DNA of 64,000 nt from Leucoraja ocellata. Taxonomy: Eukaryota. Shown in pieces: positions 62,550-64,000 of this stretch. The stretch covers positions 2,852,001-2,916,000 of the forward strand of contig JAWMAR010000216.1 in NCBI GenBank assembly GCA_036785375.1, written 5' to 3'. A program made the position numbers and the translations under genes. The notes under the pieces are model-generated. The model worked only from the letters and a program-made list of their open reading frames with translations, made no database searches and was not told the DNA's origin. How positions within the stretch are numbered: position 1 is the stretch's first letter; every line of letters starts with the position of its first letter.

Positions 62550-62845
62550 GGACGGCACGGTACATAGCGTTAGAGTTGTTGCCTTACCCAGAGACCTGGG
62601 TTCGGTCCTGACTACGAGTGCCGCCTGTACGGAGTTTGTACATTCTCCCTGTGAACGCTGGGTTTTCTCCGGGTGCTCCTGTTTCCTCCCACATTCCAAA
62701 GATGTACAGGTTTGTAGGTTAATTGGCTTCGGTTAAAAATTGTAAATTGTCTCTAGTGTGTAGGATAGTGTTAATGCACGGGGCGATCGCCGATTGGCTC
62801 GGACTCGGCCTGTTTATGCGCTGTATCTCTAAATTAAACTAAACT
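62550..62845 (+). mobile_element. HE1-type V-SINE
   Basis: ggcacggtacatagcg..gggttcggtcc..ggagtttgtacattctccc..gctgtatctctaaattaaactaaact. Confidence 0.88.
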
Positions 62846-64000
62846 ATAGTATTTATCAGAAAAGAAATTCACAATGTAGTAATGACCATCCAGTGACATA
62901 CTGGAGGGTAAAACAGATATAAGCAGTATTTTTTTAAGCTGGTGCTACAAAGCTCAATTAACTCAATGCCTGTGCGTAAAGGACATTGCATTTTGCATGA
63001 TATAATTTTGAAAATGAGATTAAGTACATTCAGTAATTTAATATGTGGCAAAGTGATGACCAACAGATTGTCACAGCGGGCAATGCTACCAGGCAATATT
63101 TAGGGTAGAGTTTATGAACTTATGAAGAGAAGAATCCAGCTAAATACAAACATTCTTGAGGGAGTCTTTTAAGTTTGGGCAGAGAAGAAGCCTAATGAGA
63201 TAGGCCACTTACTTGAACTGTGTAATATGGGGAGATGGTCACCTGATTTGAGTCCAAATTTCTATCCCAAACATGCACAGAATTAAAATTAAAATTTTTG
63301 TAACAAAATGCACACATGTATCTGCAAAATCAATTTTGCTCAAATTAGATCTCAATGATGAACCCACTAAAAATGAACTATCACTGAAGTTAAAATCCAC
63401 ACTTTTTGAACAATCACAATTATTCACCCAAAACTGCTCAAAATCCATTTGGTAAGTCTTATCCATTTCTCCATTTGACATGGACAATAACAAACACTGA
63501 TCATTTTTGAGAATTAACAAATCAGAGACTGGTATATCCCTGTGGTAAATAGTCAAGGAAACTATTCTCAAAAAACGAATGATCCGTAATATAGACAACA
63601 ATATTTTGACTCCATTGTTCTCCAAAGTAAATTACCATGAATTAGGGTCCGAGAACACTAGAATCACATATGGAGTTAGTTTAAGTAAATGCAGCCTCAA
63701 ATTTTTTTCTCATGCAAAATCTTCCGAACAAAAAAAAGGGAAGAAAGGAAATGTAAGTTTTAAAATAGCGATCAAAATGACTTCTGTTTATGGTAACAGG
63801 ATGTTATGGAGACAAAGAATCATGAAATAAGACTATATCTTTACTTGCACAAGGCAGGTGAAGCGTACAATCAGTACCAGCTGATATTCAATAGTGGCTT
63901 TAATCTGTAAACCCCAACCACTTGGATCAATGATACCATAAAAGGAAGATATTATGAAGTAAAACTAATGGATACATTGATCAAAGTATGTTCTAGTAAT

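Noticed and set aside
63239-63625. 128-aa minus-strand ORF containing a 297-bp AG...GT segment (63243-63539), considered as the RPGRIP1L first coding exon
   Set aside because: It lacks the expected DETAGDLPV-like N-terminus. Its open frame ends in phase 2, whereas exon 3 needs phase 1, and the compatible frame hits TAA within ~8 codons.

Overview
Vertebrate genomic DNA, most likely an elasmobranch (skate, ray or shark), judged from HE1-type V-SINEs and their CR1 partner LINE tails. The window lies inside one minus-strand gene, RPGRIP1L (fantom/NPHP8/MKS5, ciliary transition-zone scaffold). I traced 20 consecutive GT-AG coding exons, equivalent to human exons 3-22, from 62258 down to 5898. They total 3179 nt (~1060 codons) with all phases compatible; the ATG exon and the C-terminal exons were not found and presumably lie outside the window. 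Exon numbers and human sizes are from my recollection of the human gene, not a database search. The introns hold HE1-type SINEs, CR1 and Rex1/Babar-like (DUF1891) LINE fragments, Penelope-like GIY-YIG fragments and an IR/DR-type Tc1 transposon with three nested insertions. They also hold a Harbinger MITE, a pogo/Tigger-like MITE and a non-autonomous Helitron. The most notable signals are: (1) a dispersed set of minimal hammerhead-ribozyme motifs in Penelope-derived termini, including ~95-130 bp inserts that begin right at the ribozyme core; (2) a ~0.85 kb CpG-rich non-coding retroposon family with no Pol III head, a covarying hairpin and a Rex/Babar-like 3' tail; (3) a structurally complete Helitron; (4) an RRVSW PP1-docking motif retained in an otherwise divergent exon. 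No prokaryote-type system is present.
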